Origin: an uncultured Actinomycetes bacterium
GTDB taxonomy: Bacteria > Actinomycetota > Actinomycetes > Mycobacteriales > SCTD01
Direction: 5' to 3'
NCBI GenBank assembly: GCA_963784675.1
Contig: CAWASE010000014.1
Location: forward strand, 41,396 to 105,395
DNA: 64,000 nucleotides
The notes beneath the pieces are model-generated. The model saw nothing but the letters and a program-made list of their open reading frames with translations. It made no database searches and had not been told where the DNA came from. The translations under genes and the position numbers were made by a program. This document shows, in pieces, positions 37,967 through 51,807 of this stretch; position 1 is the stretch's first letter; every line of letters starts with the position of its first letter.

Positions 37967-39154
37967 ATGACCGAGACCCTGTCGCGCCACGCGACCCTGC
38001 CCCCTCGCCCGACCCCTGCCGAACGGGCCGGCGGGCCCTGGGCAGCCGGGGCCCTCGGCGCGCTGCGCGCCGGCGTCGTCGGGCTGCTGCTGGTGGGGCT
38101 GCCGGGACTGGCCCTCTGGTACGCCGACGACCGGTCCGGGACGACGTTCGCGCAGACGGCGCGGGGCCTGGGTCAGCTCTGGCTGCTGGCGCACGCAGCG
38201 ACCCTGGAGGTTCCCGGCGGACGGGTCACGCTCGCCCCGCTGGGACTGTGCGTGCTCCCGCTGCTGCTGCTGGCCCGCGCCGCCGCGCGTGCTTCCCGTG
38301 ACAGCCGGGCCGGATCGGTGGCAGACGTCGCCCGCGTCGCGCTGGCGACGGCCCTGCCCTATGCGCTGCTCACCGGCCTGGTCTCGGTGCTGAGCCGGGG
38401 CCCGGACGTCTACGCCCCGCTGCCGCAGGCGGTCCTGGCAGGCCTCGTCCTCGGGGCGCTGGGCGCCGCTGCCGGTGCGCTGCGGCCGGGCCGGCTGTGG
38501 CGCGCCGGGTGGTGGGCGCTCCCGGCCCGGGTCCGCCTGCTCGCGCCGGCCGTCGCCGGTGCCTCTGGCGTGCTGCTCGCCGGTGGAGCGGTGCTCGTCG
38601 GCGCCGTGCTGGCCCTGCACCTGGACCGCGCCGCTGATCTCGCCGCGACCACCCGACCCGGTCCGGCCGGGGGCGCGGGCCTGCTGCTGCTCGGGCTCTG
38701 TCTCGTGCCGAACGCCGTGGTGTGGGGGACGTCCTGGTTGGCGGGGCCGGGCTTCGCCATCGGGACCGGCACCGGGGTCGGCCCGTTCGGCTACGCGCTC
38801 GGCGACGTGCCGGCTTTCCCGCTGCTGGCCGCCCTGCCGTCGGGGGAGGCGCCGGGCTGGGCGGTCGTCGGTCTGCTGCTGCCGGTGCTGGCCGGGGCGG
38901 TCGCCGGGGTGCTGCTGCTGACGGGGCTGCGGGACCGCCGGCACCCGGTGCTGGAGACGTTGGCCGTCGGACCGGTCTGCGGCGTGCTGTGGGCCGGCAT
39001 CTGCTGGGGCGCTGCCGGGGCGGTGGGCGGACAACGCTTGTCCTCGGTCGGGCCCTCGCCTGTCGCCGTCGGGCTCTGCGTCGCGGCCGAGGTCGGGGTG
39101 GGCGCGCTCGCTGCGGTGCTCGTCCTGCGGCGACGCGACGTGCCGACCGGCTGA
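37967..39154 (+). CDS. Polytopic membrane protein, PerM (Rv0955)/DUF6350-like
   Basis: The start is ATG 37967 (MTETLSRHATLPP). It has about 10 TM helices and a WGTSWLAGPGFAIGTG block. Its position between sucD and purN matches mycobacterial perM; this is from memory. Confidence 0.7.
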   Translation: MTETLSRHATLPPRPTPAERAGGPWAAGALGALRAGVVGLLLVGLPGLALWYADDRSGTTFAQTARGLGQLWLLAHAATLEVPGGRVTLAPLGLCVLPLLLLARAAARASRDSRAGSVADVARVALATALPYALLTGLVSVLSRGPDVYAPLPQAVLAGLVLGALGAAAGALRPGRLWRAGWWALPARVRLLAPAVAGASGVLLAGGAVLVGAVLALHLDRAADLAATTRPGPAGGAGLLLLGLCLVPNAVVWGTSWLAGPGFAIGTGTGVGPFGYALGDVPAFPLLAALPSGEAPGWAVVGLLLPVLAGAVAGVLLLTGLRDRRHPVLETLAVGPVCGVLWAGICWGAAGAVGGQRLSSVGPSPVAVGLCVAAEVGVGALAAVLVLRRRDVPTG

Positions 39155-39196
39155 CGCGGCGCTGCGCCGCCGGCGACCTGGACGGGGTGGCTCAGG

Positions 39197-39766
39197 TCAG
39201 CGGGAATCCCCCGTCAGGTCGCGCTCGAAGTCGCGGGAGCACGCGTCGACGGCCGCCTGGTCGCCGTCGGCCTGGCTCAGGCACTCGGTGAAGCTGCCGA
39301 GGTCCGCTCGGCTGAACAGGACTCCGGCCACGACGACGACGACCGCAGCGACCAGGATCCCGACGGCGCCGAGGACGATGCCGGCGAGCGCCGTGCCGCC
39401 GTTGTCGGCCTCGCCACGAGCGGCCTTCTTGCGGGCCAGGACGCCCAGCACGATCGCGACCACGCCGAGGACCCCGCCGAGCAGGAACAGGCCGGTCACG
39501 ACCGCCGCGATCCCGAGGACGAGGGCGGCGACGCCGAGCCCGTTGCTGGGAGCCGTACCCGGCCCCGTGCTCCCGTAGGGCGGGCGCACCGGAGCGCCGT
39601 ACTGGCCCGCGCCGTAGTGACCGCCGTACGGGGGAGGCTGGCCGAACGGCTGCGCGGTCTGCCCGGGACCGTACGGGTTCACGGGCGCGTCACCGGTCGG
39701 TGGGGTGGCCGGCGGTCGGTCCGCCCCGGCGTCGGGGGAGCGGAACGGGTCGTCGGGCGCTGTCAC
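39197..39766 (-). CDS. DUF4190-like membrane protein with a Pro/Gly/Tyr-rich N-terminus
   Basis: GTG 39766 is preceded by GAGGAGG. It reads PPYGGHYGAGQYGAP followed by NGLGVAALVLGIAAVVTGLFLLGGVLGVVAIVLG. Confidence 0.7.
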   Translation of the reverse strand: MTAPDDPFRSPDAGADRPPATPPTGDAPVNPYGPGQTAQPFGQPPPYGGHYGAGQYGAPVRPPYGSTGPGTAPSNGLGVAALVLGIAAVVTGLFLLGGVLGVVAIVLGVLARKKAARGEADNGGTALAGIVLGAVGILVAAVVVVVAGVLFSRADLGSFTECLSQADGDQAAVDACSRDFERDLTGDSR

Positions 39767-39944
39767 ATCGGCCTCCTCGAGGAGCCGGGCGTCAGCAGCC
39801 CGGCGCCTCTTGGTTACCTCACCGGCCGCGGCACCACCAGCGCCCGGTCTGCTTCCACGCTCCCCGCGACCTTGGTCGGGCGACGTCGGTAGCCTGCGGT
39901 CACCGCGCCCGGGACCTGTCCGGCGCCCGCCCGGAGGAGGAGCC

Positions 39945-40550
39945 CTGACCGCGCGACTGGTCGTGCTCGCCTCGGGCAGCGGCACGACCCTGCAGGCGCT
40001 GCTGGACGCCGCACGGGAGCCCGGCTACGGCGCCGAGATCGTGGCGGTGGGCTCGGACCGGCCACGAGCGCAGGCGCTCGAGCGGGCGGCTGCAGCGGGC
40101 GTGCCGTGCTTCGCCGAGCCGCTGGAGCAGGGCGCCGACCGTGCCGCCTGGAACGTCCGCCTGGCGACCGCGGTGGCGGCCCACGAGCCGCACCTGGTGG
40201 TCTGCGCCGGCTTCATGCGCATCCTCGGGCCCGCCTTTCTCGGTCGCTTCCCCGGCCGGGTCGTGAACACCCACCCGGCGCTGCTGCCGGCCTTCCCCGG
40301 GGCTCACGCTGTCGCCGACGCGCTCGCCTACGGCGTCAAGGTCGCCGGCGTCACCGTCCACCTCGTCGACGAGGGTGTCGACACCGGACCCGTCGTCGCC
40401 CAGGCCAGCGTCGCCGTGCTGCCCGACGACGACGAGGCGCGACTGCAGAGCAGGATCCAGGACGTCGAGCGCCCGCTCTTCGTCGACGCCGTGGGACGGA
40501 TGGCCCGCCAGGGCTGGACCGTCGTAGGAAGGACCGTGAGGCTCGGATGA
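39945..40550 (+). CDS. purN: Phosphoribosylglycinamide formyltransferase
   Basis: It has [28 protein letters not shown] and [12 protein letters not shown]. The start is ambiguous: CTG 39945 lies just after GGAGGAGGAG, and GTG 39963 is the alternative. Confidence 0.9.
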   Translation: MTARLVVLASGSGTTLQALLDAAREPGYGAEIVAVGSDRPRAQALERAAAAGVPCFAEPLEQGADRAAWNVRLATAVAAHEPHLVVCAGFMRILGPAFLGRFPGRVVNTHPALLPAFPGAHAVADALAYGVKVAGVTVHLVDEGVDTGPVVAQASVAVLPDDDEARLQSRIQDVERPLFVDAVGRMARQGWTVVGRTVRLG

Positions 40551-42130
40551 GCACCCCCGACAACGACAGCAGCCAGGACACCAGGACTCCGGTCCGCAGA
40601 GCCCTCATCAGTGCCTACGACAAGGCGGGTCTGGTCGAGCTCGGACTGGGTCTGGCTGCGGCAGGCGTCGAGATCGTCTCCACCGGCTCGACCGCGGCGA
40701 CGCTGCGCGCAGCCGGGGTAGCGGTCACCGCCGTGGACGCCCTCACCGGCTTCCCCGAGTGCCTGGACGGCCGCGTCAAGACGCTGCACCCGAAGGTGCA
40801 CGCGGGCATCCTCGCCGACCTGCGGCTGCCGGACCACCAGCGCCAGCTCAGCGAGCTCGGGATCGAGCCGTTCGAGCTCGTCGTGGTGAACCTGTACCCG
40901 TTCGCCGCCACCGTCGCCTCCGGCGCCGGGCCGGACGAGTGCGTCGAGCAGATCGACATCGGCGGACCGACGATGGTGCGCGCGGCGGCCAAGAACCACC
41001 CGTCGGTCGCGGTCGTCACCGACCCGGCCGGGTATCAGGCCGTGCTCGACGCGATCGCTCTGGGCGGCACCACCCTGGCCGAACGAAAGCGCCTCGCCGG
41101 ACTGGCTTTCGCCCACACCGCCGCCTACGACGTCGCGGTGGCGTCGTGGTTCGCGAACGGCTACGGGCCGGCCGACAACGAGCAGTTCCCAGCGTTCCTG
41201 GGCGCCACCTGGCAGCGCGGCGACGTGCTCCGGTACGGCGAGAACCCGCACCAGCACGCCGCGCTGTACGTGGATCCGAGCGGCGGCCCGTCGCTGGCGA
41301 ACGCCCGCCAGCACCATGGCAAGGCGATGTCCTACAACAACTACGTCGACACCGACGCCGCCCTGCGCGCGGCCAACGACTTCACCGACCCGTGCGTCGC
41401 GATCATCAAGCACGCCAACCCGTGCGGCATCGCGATCGGCTCCGACGTCGCGGCCGCGCATCGGGCCGCGCACGCGTGCGACCCCGTCTCGGCGTTCGGC
41501 GGCGTCATCGCCAGCAACCGGGCCGTGTCGGTCGCCATGGCTGTGCAGGTCGCCGAGGTGTTCACCGAGGTCATCGTCGCCCCCTCCTACGAGGACGGCG
41601 CGATCGAGGTGCTGTCCCGCAAGCCGTCGATCCGGGTGCTCGAGACGACCGGTCACGGTGGGCAGGGTCTGGAGTTCCGTCAGGTCTGCGGCGGCGTGCT
41701 GCTGCAGGCCGCGGACTCCATCAGCGCGCCGGGCGACGACCCGGCCTCCTGGACGCTGGCCTGTGGCGAACCCGCCGGCGACGCGATGCTGGCTGACCTC
41801 GTCTTCGCGTGGCGGGCGGTCCGGGCGGTCAAGAGCAACGCCATCCTGCTGGCGTCCGGCGGGGCCACCGTCGGCGTCGGGATGGGCCAGGTGAACCGGG
41901 TCGACTCGGCCAGGCTCGCGGTCGCCCGCGCCGGCGAGCGGGCCGCCGGCTCGGTCGCCTCCTCCGACGCGTTCTTCCCCTTCCCGGACGGTCTGCAGGT
42001 GCTGCTCGATGCGGGGGTGCGCGCCGTCGTGCAGCCCGGAGGCTCGGTCCGCGACGACCAGGTGATCGAGGCGGCGAAGGCGGCGGGCGCCACGCTCTAC
42101 CTGACCGGCACCCGGCACTTCTTCCACTAG
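40547..42130 (+). CDS. purH: Bifunctional AICAR formyltransferase / IMP cyclohydrolase
   Basis: It has [50 protein letters not shown] and ends TGTRHFFH. An ATGA overlap links it to purN. Confidence 0.95.
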   Translation: MSTPDNDSSQDTRTPVRRALISAYDKAGLVELGLGLAAAGVEIVSTGSTAATLRAAGVAVTAVDALTGFPECLDGRVKTLHPKVHAGILADLRLPDHQRQLSELGIEPFELVVVNLYPFAATVASGAGPDECVEQIDIGGPTMVRAAAKNHPSVAVVTDPAGYQAVLDAIALGGTTLAERKRLAGLAFAHTAAYDVAVASWFANGYGPADNEQFPAFLGATWQRGDVLRYGENPHQHAALYVDPSGGPSLANARQHHGKAMSYNNYVDTDAALRAANDFTDPCVAIIKHANPCGIAIGSDVAAAHRAAHACDPVSAFGGVIASNRAVSVAMAVQVAEVFTEVIVAPSYEDGAIEVLSRKPSIRVLETTGHGGQGLEFRQVCGGVLLQAADSISAPGDDPASWTLACGEPAGDAMLADLVFAWRAVRAVKSNAILLASGGATVGVGMGQVNRVDSARLAVARAGERAAGSVASSDAFFPFPDGLQVLLDAGVRAVVQPGGSVRDDQVIEAAKAAGATLYLTGTRHFFH

Positions 42131-42141
42131 GCCGATCGCGC

Positions 42142-42720
42142 GTGGAAGACCTGACGCGTGCCGACTTCTCGCGAGAGACGCTGTCCGGAAGAGTTTTTCA
42201 GGATGCTCGCCTGATCGGGGCCGACTTCTCCGAGGCCGTTCTGGACCGGGTCGTCTTCGAGCGCTGCGACCTGTCGGGCGCTGAGCTCACGTCGGCGACG
42301 CTGACCGACTGCGCGTTGATCGGCTGCACGCTGGAACGCGCGCGCCTGTTCGGCTCGACGCTGACGGGATGCAAGCTCACCGGCTCGACGTTCCTGCGTG
42401 CTGCGCTGCGCCCGCTCACCGTCCAAGGCGGGGACTGGTCCTATGTCGGCCTGCGCGGCGCCGACCTGCGCGGGGTCTCGCTGGCAGGGCTGAAGCTGTG
42501 CGAGGCCGACCTCACCGACGCCGACCTGTCTCGCGCCGATCTCGCCGGCGCCGACCTGAGCCGCGCGATCCTGCGGGGCTGCCGGCTCAACGGAGCCGAT
42601 CTGCGCGGTGCCCGCCTGCACGGCTGCGACCTCGACGGTGTCGACTGGACGGGCGTGCGCATCGACCTCGGTCAGGCCGTGCTGCTGGCGCAGGCGCGGG
42701 GCGCGGTGGTGGATCCCTGA
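42142..42720 (+). CDS. Pentapeptide-repeat protein (MfpA/Qnr-like size and repeat pattern)
   Basis: 192 aa starting at GTG 42142. The A(D/N)LxX repeats are nearly continuous ([33 protein letters not shown] ...). Confidence 0.85.
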   Translation: MEDLTRADFSRETLSGRVFQDARLIGADFSEAVLDRVVFERCDLSGAELTSATLTDCALIGCTLERARLFGSTLTGCKLTGSTFLRAALRPLTVQGGDWSYVGLRGADLRGVSLAGLKLCEADLTDADLSRADLAGADLSRAILRGCRLNGADLRGARLHGCDLDGVDWTGVRIDLGQAVLLAQARGAVVDP

Positions 42721-42737
42721 GCGCTCGCGCCCAGGGG

Positions 42738-43394
42738 TCACGGCCGGAGGCGGAAGCCGACCTCCAGCGCAGCCGTCACGGTCTGCGTGCCTGCCGACAC
42801 CTCCAGCGCAGCGGATCCGGCGTCGTGGCCCGCGCTCCGCACGCTCATGGTGTGCAGGGCGACGGTCTCGGCGCCGGTGCGCAGGCCCGGCTCGGTCGTC
42901 CACGCCACCGGACCGAGCGTGAGGCCGAGCCCACGGGCGTAGTCGAGCGCGCGGGCACGGGCGTCGGCGGCAGCACGCGCCCGAACCTCGGCGTGCGCCG
43001 GGTTGTCGGCATCGACGAGCCACTGGGGACCGTGCACGACGATCTCGTCGTGGGCAGCGAGGTCGGCCAGCAGGGGGCCCAGCAGCGAGACGTCCGTGAT
43101 CTCCAGGGCGGTGTCGCGCACAGCCGTGAAGGCGACCCGCGTGGACCGTCCGTGCTCCCCCCACTCGACGACGGGAGCCAGCAGCAGAACGGTCGTCTGC
43201 CGCTGGCGAACAGCCGGTCCGAGCTGGTCGAGCCGGTCGTCGAGCAGCGCGGCCACGGCTGCCGTGCGGGCATGCGCTCCGGGACCCGTCGCAGCCTCGG
43301 CGGAGACCCGGACGGTCAGGGCCGCCGCGTCCGGGGCGACCTCCAGCTCGGCGCGGCCGGTGACCGCGAGGACGTCGGAGAAGAGGTCGCTCAC
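42738..43394 (-). CDS. SIMPL/DUF541-domain protein
   Basis: 218 aa. It reads GRAELEVAPDAAALTVRVSAEA ... ARARALDYARGLGL ... VTAALEVGFRL, typical of the SIMPL family. A GTGA overlap links it to the upstream gene. Confidence 0.7.
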   Translation of the reverse strand: MSDLFSDVLAVTGRAELEVAPDAAALTVRVSAEAATGPGAHARTAAVAALLDDRLDQLGPAVRQRQTTVLLLAPVVEWGEHGRSTRVAFTAVRDTALEITDVSLLGPLLADLAAHDEIVVHGPQWLVDADNPAHAEVRARAAADARARALDYARGLGLTLGPVAWTTEPGLRTGAETVALHTMSVRSAGHDAGSAALEVSAGTQTVTAALEVGFRLRP

Positions 43395-44041
43395 GCCGGC
43401 ACGCTACGCCGGGCCCAGACCGCCCACAACGGGTCGGCCGTCCAGCCGGTCTGGCGACGTTCGACCGTCGGCACGTCGAAACCGCCTGCCCGGCGGTGGT
43501 ACTCGGCGACGATCTCGCCGTGGACGTCGTCGGTGGAGGCCAGCCAGCCGCGGATGGCCTTGGAGGGGAAGCAGCGGTTGCTGAAGGTGCACACACTGAC
43601 CCCGCCGGGGCGCAGCACGCGGGCGACCTCGGCGTACACCTGCAGCGGCCGGGTCAGGTAGTCGACGGAGACGCAGTTCAGCACGGCATCGAAGCTCGCG
43701 TCCTCGAACGGCAGCAGGGGATCGTCGTTCAGGTCGCGGACGACGACCGCGTCGGCCATCGGGTTGGCGCGCAGCTCACGGTCGTTCATGCCGAGCACGG
43801 TCAGGTGCCGGGGACGGGCCGGCAGGTGGCTGACCCAGGACGACATCAGGTCCAGCACGTCGCCGTCGGTGCCGAGCTCGGCGTAGAGCGCAGACACGGC
43901 CGCGATCGCGCGGTCGTCCAGGTGGGTGACCAACCGCGGGCTGCTGTAGAAGATCGGATCGGGTGCCTCGTCGGCGCGATCGAAGAAGCCGGGCGGGAAG
44001 GGGTCATGGTTCGCAGGTCGGCTCACCGGCCTAGGGTGCAC
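43391..44041 (-). CDS. Class I SAM-dependent methyltransferase
   Basis: 216 aa. It has DVLDLMSSWVSHL (motif I region), FDAVLNCVSVDYL and VLRPGG. Confidence 0.8.
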   Translation of the reverse strand: MHPRPVSRPANHDPFPPGFFDRADEAPDPIFYSSPRLVTHLDDRAIAAVSALYAELGTDGDVLDLMSSWVSHLPARPRHLTVLGMNDRELRANPMADAVVVRDLNDDPLLPFEDASFDAVLNCVSVDYLTRPLQVYAEVARVLRPGGVSVCTFSNRCFPSKAIRGWLASTDDVHGEIVAEYHRRAGGFDVPTVERRQTGWTADPLWAVWARRSVPA

Positions 44042-44043
44042 CC

Positions 44044-44911
44044 GTGACCGCCCGCATGCTCCCCGGAGCCCCCGTCGCCCAGGCCGTCCTCGACGATCTC
44101 CAGCCGCGCATCGCCGCCCTCGTCGCTGCGGGGCACCGTCCTGGGCTGGGGACGATCCTGGTCGGCGGCGACAGCGCCAGCGGCGGCTACGTCAAGATGA
44201 AGATGGACCGGGCTACCGAGCTCGGCCTGACGAGTCCGCACCGGCACCTGCCCGACGACGCCACGCAGGACGACCTGGTCCGCGCGATCCGCGAGCTCAA
44301 CGACGACGACTCCGTCGACGCCATGCTCATCCAGCACCCGACGCCGAAGCAGATCGACTTCGAGGCAGCGCTCCTGGAGATGGATCCCGACAAGGACGTC
44401 GACGGCCTGCACCCGGTGAACATGGGGCGGCTGGCGATGGGCATGCCCGGCCCGGTCCCGTGCACCCCCGCGGGCATCGAGGCGCTGCTGGCCTTCCACG
44501 AGATCCCCGTCGCCGGCCAGGCAGGTCTGCATCCTCGGACGCGGTACGACCTTGGGACGGCCGCTGTCGTTGCTGCTCACCCAGAAGCGTCCGACGGCGA
44601 ACGCGGCCGTCACCGTCGTGCACACCGGCGTGCCGAACTGGGCCGACTACACCCGCCGGGCGTCGATCGTCGTCGCGGCCGTGGGCGTGCCCGGGATCCT
44701 GCAGCCCGAGCACCTGACTCCCGGCGTCACCGTGGTGGGTGGCGGAGTGCGGTACGAGGGACGCAAGCTGCTGCCGGACGTCGACGAAGCCTGCGAGCAG
44801 GTCGCCGGCGCCATCACCCCTCGGGTCGGCGGTGTCGGACCGACGACGGTGGCGATGCTGTTCCGCAACTGCATCGAGGCGGCGGAGCGGCGCAGGTCGC
44901 TGCGCGACTGA
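44044..44911 (+). pseudogene. folD: Methylenetetrahydrofolate dehydrogenase/cyclohydrolase, frameshifted (1 extra nt at gg 44524-44525)
   Basis: The N-terminal part ends ... DVDGLHPVNMGRL ... CTPAGIEALLAFHEIPVAGQA in the frame of ORF 44044. The continuation VCILGRGTTLGRPLSLLLTQ ... ITPRVGGVGPTTVAML is in the frame of ORF 44552..44911. The span is 868 nt, which is 3n+1. Confidence 0.85.
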
Positions 44912-44943
44912 GCCGCCGCTCACCGGACCCACCCTGCCCGCCC

Positions 44944-45555
44944 TCACCCCGCGCGGCGGATGCTCTCCTCGACGTCGATCGGCAGCGGCCGCACGACGCC
45001 GGTGCTGATGACCTCGTTGGCCAGGCGCGCCCGCCGGTCGGTCCCTTCCGGGATCCCGAACTTCGCGTACAGCCGCAGCAGGTGCTGCTTGACCGCAGCC
45101 TCGGTGACGACGAGCTGGCCGGCGATCTGCCGCGCGCTCGCCGGCGACACGAACGCCTCCTGGCCGGCGGCCGGCCGGCACAGCGAGGTGAGGACCTCGC
45201 ACTCGCGGCGGGTGAGATCCGGCGCCGACAGGCGGCTGAGCATGGCCGTCTCCTCCGTCATGGCGGCCGGCAGCCCGTTGATGCGGGTGCGGGCGGCGCC
45301 GAAGGAGATGACGTCGCCGTCGTCGAGCAACCGTCGTCCGACCGGACGTCCGTTCACCCGCGTGCCGTTGGTCGACAGGCCCAGGTCGCACACGTAGACG
45401 TGGTCGCCGCGCCGGACGAGCTCGGCATGCAGCCGCGAGACGCTCGGGTCCTCCAGGAAGACGTCGACGCTCTCCGAACGTCCGACCGTCGTCACGTCGG
45501 GACCGAGCTCGTAGGTCTCGCCCGTCTCCTCGAAGCGCAGCGTGAGAGGTAGCAC
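44944..45555 (-). CDS. FHA-domain plus LuxR-type HTH transcriptional regulator
   Basis: GTG 45555 is preceded by GGAAGGAG. The FHA domain reads TVGRSESVDVFLEDPSVSRLHAELV ... STNGTRVNG. The HTH reads LTRRECEVLTSL ... IAGQLVVTEAAVKQHLLRLYAKFG. Confidence 0.8.
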   Translation of the reverse strand: MLPLTLRFEETGETYELGPDVTTVGRSESVDVFLEDPSVSRLHAELVRRGDHVYVCDLGLSTNGTRVNGRPVGRRLLDDGDVISFGAARTRINGLPAAMTEETAMLSRLSAPDLTRRECEVLTSLCRPAAGQEAFVSPASARQIAGQLVVTEAAVKQHLLRLYAKFGIPEGTDRRARLANEVISTGVVRPLPIDVEESIRRAG

Positions 45556-45711
45556 GACGGCTCCTTCCGGACTCGAGCCCACCGACCGGTCAGCGTGTGC
45601 GCCGACCCCTCGGACGCGACGCAACCCGCGCGCGTCCGCCCAGCGAACCAGACAACCCGTCCCCGTAGGGTCAGAACTGCGGTACCGGGCCGCACGAGGG
45701 ACGGAGCAAGC

Positions 45712-49323
<3,612 letters not shown>

Positions 49324-49333
49324 GGTGTCGGCC

Positions 49334-49378
49334 GCCGGCGCCCGCCGCTGCCCACCCCGGGGCAGGACGTGCGCCGGC
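49334..49378 (+). terminator. Imperfect GC hairpin after icd (weak terminator candidate)
   Basis: The outer stem pairs GCCGGCGC with GCGCCGGC (49334-41 / 49371-78). The inner stem pairs CTGCCC with GGGCAG. There is no U-tract. Confidence 0.35.
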
Positions 49379-49452
49379 GCCCGTACGCTGGTCCCCGTGG
49401 AACCCCCCAGTAGACCGGCGCGTCCCTGCTCCTGCCGGAGGTCGGACGCGCC

Positions 49453-50754
49453 GTGACCGACATCCTGATCAGCCTCGGGCTGATCCTGGCCCTCATCCTG
49501 TTCGGGGCCGTGTTCGTCGCCAGCGAGATCGCGCTCGTGTCGCTGAGGGAGAGCCAGATCTCCGGCATGGTCAGCGCCGGCAAGCGGGGCCGGCGGGTCG
49601 CCTCGCTCGCCGCGAACCCGAACCGCTTCCTGGCGGCGGTGCAGATCGGCGTGACGGCTGCCGGCTTCCTTTCGGCGGCCTTCGGCGAGTCGAGGCTGTC
49701 GAGCAAGCTGGCGCCGCCGCTGGTCGACGCCGGGTTGTCCGAGGGGCTGGCCGACGTGGTCGCCACCATCCTCATCACGTTGGCGATCTCCTACGTGGCC
49801 ATCACCGTCGGCGAGCTGGTGCCCAAGCGGCTGGCGCTGCAGCGGGCCGAGGGGACGGCGCTGCTGCTCGCCCCGGTCGTCGACCGGTTCGCCCGCATCG
49901 CCCGGCCGGTCATCTGGTTCCTGTCGCTGACCACGAACCTGCTCGTCCGGCTGCTGGGCGGCAGCAACGAGGGCGCCCGCGAGTCCATCACCGAGGAGGA
50001 GCTGCGTGGGCTGGTCGCCGCCCACGAGTCGCTCACCAAGGACGAGCGCAAGCTCATCGACGACGTCTTCGCCGCCGGTGAGCGGCAGCTGCGCGAGGTG
50101 ATGCTGCCGCGTACCGAGGTGGCGTTCCTGGAGGCGGGCATGACGCTCAGCCGTGCGGTCAAGGAGACCGCGGACGCCCCGCACAGCCGCTACCCGGTGG
50201 CCGGCAGCTCGCAGGACGACATCATCGGCTTCCTGCACGTGCGCGACCTGATGGTCCCCGCCGCCAAGGCCCGCGGCATGCGGGTGGCCGACGTCGTCCG
50301 GGAGGTGAAGTCGCTGCCGTCGACCAAGCGGGTGCTGCCCGCGATGTCGGAGATGCGCCGCGAGGGCCACCACCTGGCGATCGTCGTGGACGAGTACGGC
50401 GGCACCGCCGGCATCGTCACGCTGGAGGACCTCATCGAGGAGGTCATCGGCGACATCCGCGACGAGTACGACGTCGCCGAGTCCGAACGGCTCACCTTCC
50501 CCGGCGGCGAGCTCGAGGCGGACGGCCTGCTCAACCTGGACGAGACCCGGACGCAGACAGGCGTCACCCTTCCGGAGGGTCCGTACGAGACCGTCGCGGG
50601 GTATGTGATGGCCTGCCTGGGGCATGTGCCTCGGGTGGGCGAGGCCGTCGAGGTGGACGGTCACCGGCTGGAGGTCAGCGAGCTGGACGGCCGGCGCGTC
50701 GCCCGCGTCCGGGTGACGCCGCTGGAGTCGATCGAGGAGCAGGAGAGCGCGTGA
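49453..50754 (+). CDS. Hemolysin/CNNM-family protein (DUF21 TM domain, CBS pair, CorC_HlyC)
   Basis: 433 aa. It has [24 protein letters not shown], the CBS region MLPRTEV ... and a C-terminal [18 protein letters not shown]. Confidence 0.9.
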   Translation: MTDILISLGLILALILFGAVFVASEIALVSLRESQISGMVSAGKRGRRVASLAANPNRFLAAVQIGVTAAGFLSAAFGESRLSSKLAPPLVDAGLSEGLADVVATILITLAISYVAITVGELVPKRLALQRAEGTALLLAPVVDRFARIARPVIWFLSLTTNLLVRLLGGSNEGARESITEEELRGLVAAHESLTKDERKLIDDVFAAGERQLREVMLPRTEVAFLEAGMTLSRAVKETADAPHSRYPVAGSSQDDIIGFLHVRDLMVPAAKARGMRVADVVREVKSLPSTKRVLPAMSEMRREGHHLAIVVDEYGGTAGIVTLEDLIEEVIGDIRDEYDVAESERLTFPGGELEADGLLNLDETRTQTGVTLPEGPYETVAGYVMACLGHVPRVGEAVEVDGHRLEVSELDGRRVARVRVTPLESIEEQESA

Positions 50755-50773
50755 GGTCAGGACGGGTCCGGTC

Positions 50774-51295
50774 ATGAGCAGCCCGGTCAAGAGCGTCTTC
50801 GAGAGCGGTGGTGACGTCGCCACGGTCTTCCAGGTGCTGACCTCGCCGCGCTGGCCGCAGCGCAAGGCCGACGAGCTCAAGGACGGCAGCCGGCTCGTCG
50901 AGCGGACCGAGCGCTCCGACGGTGGACTGCTGTTCGCGGTCTCGCGGGCCCTGCCTGACGGCGTGCCCGGTCCGCTGCAGCGCTTCCTGCCGGCCGACGG
51001 GCGGGTGCTCCAGACCGACGAGTGGGCAGCCGAGCGCGACGGCGCCCGCACCGGCACGTGGAAGGTCGAGATCCCGGGTGCCCCGGCCCGGCTGGGTGGC
51101 ACGATGCGCCTGGAGCCGACTGCGCAGGGCAGCCGCTACACGATCGAGGGCGAGGTGAAGGTCAAGGTGCCGGTCGTCGGCGGGAAGGCCGAGACCTTCA
51201 TCGCCTCGATGGTGCACAAGCTGGCCGAGCGGGAGGCCACCATGCTGGTCCGCGAGGTCACCGACGAGGTCCAGGGCGACGACCTCCCCTCCTGA
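50774..51295 (+). CDS. DUF2505-like (SRPBCC-fold) protein, copy 1
   Basis: 173 aa. It has WPQRKADEL, VPGPLQRFLP and KVKVPVVGGKAETFI. Confidence 0.65.
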   Translation: MSSPVKSVFESGGDVATVFQVLTSPRWPQRKADELKDGSRLVERTERSDGGLLFAVSRALPDGVPGPLQRFLPADGRVLQTDEWAAERDGARTGTWKVEIPGAPARLGGTMRLEPTAQGSRYTIEGEVKVKVPVVGGKAETFIASMVHKLAEREATMLVREVTDEVQGDDLPS

Positions 51296-51306
51296 GAGAA
51301 GAGTCC

Positions 51307-51807
51307 ATGAGCAGCCCGCTGCACTTCAGCTACCCGATCCCGAGCGACGTCGAGACGGCGTACGCGGCCATCTCGAGCGCCGCCTGGCCCCAGCGCAAGG
51401 ACGAGATGCTGTCCGACGGCAGCGTGCTGGAGGAGCGCGAGGAGCTTGCCGACGGCGGGGTCCGGATGCGGTGCAGCCGCGGCCTGCCCAAAGGCATCCC
51501 CGGCTTCCTGGAGAAGCTGATCCCCAAGGACGGCCGCGCCGGGCAGACCGACACCTGGGGGCCGGCGCTGGCCGACGGCACCCGGGCGGGCAGCTGGGTG
51601 GGCAGCGTCCCCGGCGCCCCGGTCGAGGTCAGCGGGACGATGCAGCTGGTGCCGGCCGGCGCGGGCTGCAGCTACGTGATCGACGGCACGGCGAAGGTGA
51701 AGATCCCGCTCGTCGGTGGCAAGGCGGAGAAGTTCGTCGTCGACATGGCCAGGACCGCGACCTCGCAAGAGGCCGACGTGCTGACCGCCATGGTCACCGC
51801 GAGCTGA
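51307..51807 (+). CDS. DUF2505-like (SRPBCC-fold) protein, copy 2 (tandem paralogue)
   Basis: 166 aa starting at ATG 51307. It has WPQRKDEML, IPGFLEKLIP and KVKIPLVGGKAEKFV, collinear with copy 1. Confidence 0.65.
   Translation: MSSPLHFSYPIPSDVETAYAAISSAAWPQRKDEMLSDGSVLEEREELADGGVRMRCSRGLPKGIPGFLEKLIPKDGRAGQTDTWGPALADGTRAGSWVGSVPGAPVEVSGTMQLVPAGAGCSYVIDGTAKVKIPLVGGKAEKFVVDMARTATSQEADVLTAMVTAS

Noticed and set aside
39156-39170. The GCGGCG-ctg-CGCCGC mini-hairpin between the convergent perM-like and DUF4190 genes, as a possible terminator.
   Set aside because: It has only 6 bp, a 3-nt loop and no U-tract. Such GC palindromes occur frequently by chance in this composition.
39767-39944. Possible ZTP (pfl-motif) riboswitch upstream of purN-purH. 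The leader contains ggtcgggcgac ... ccgcccggaggagg, reminiscent of the GGGUCGUGAC / CCGCCUGGGC elements.
   Set aside because: The strongly conserved GACUGGCG and CCGCCUGGGCA strings, as I remember them, are not matched, and I could not draw the P1/P2/pseudoknot pairing. A covariance-model scan (Rfam pfl/ZTP) would settle this.
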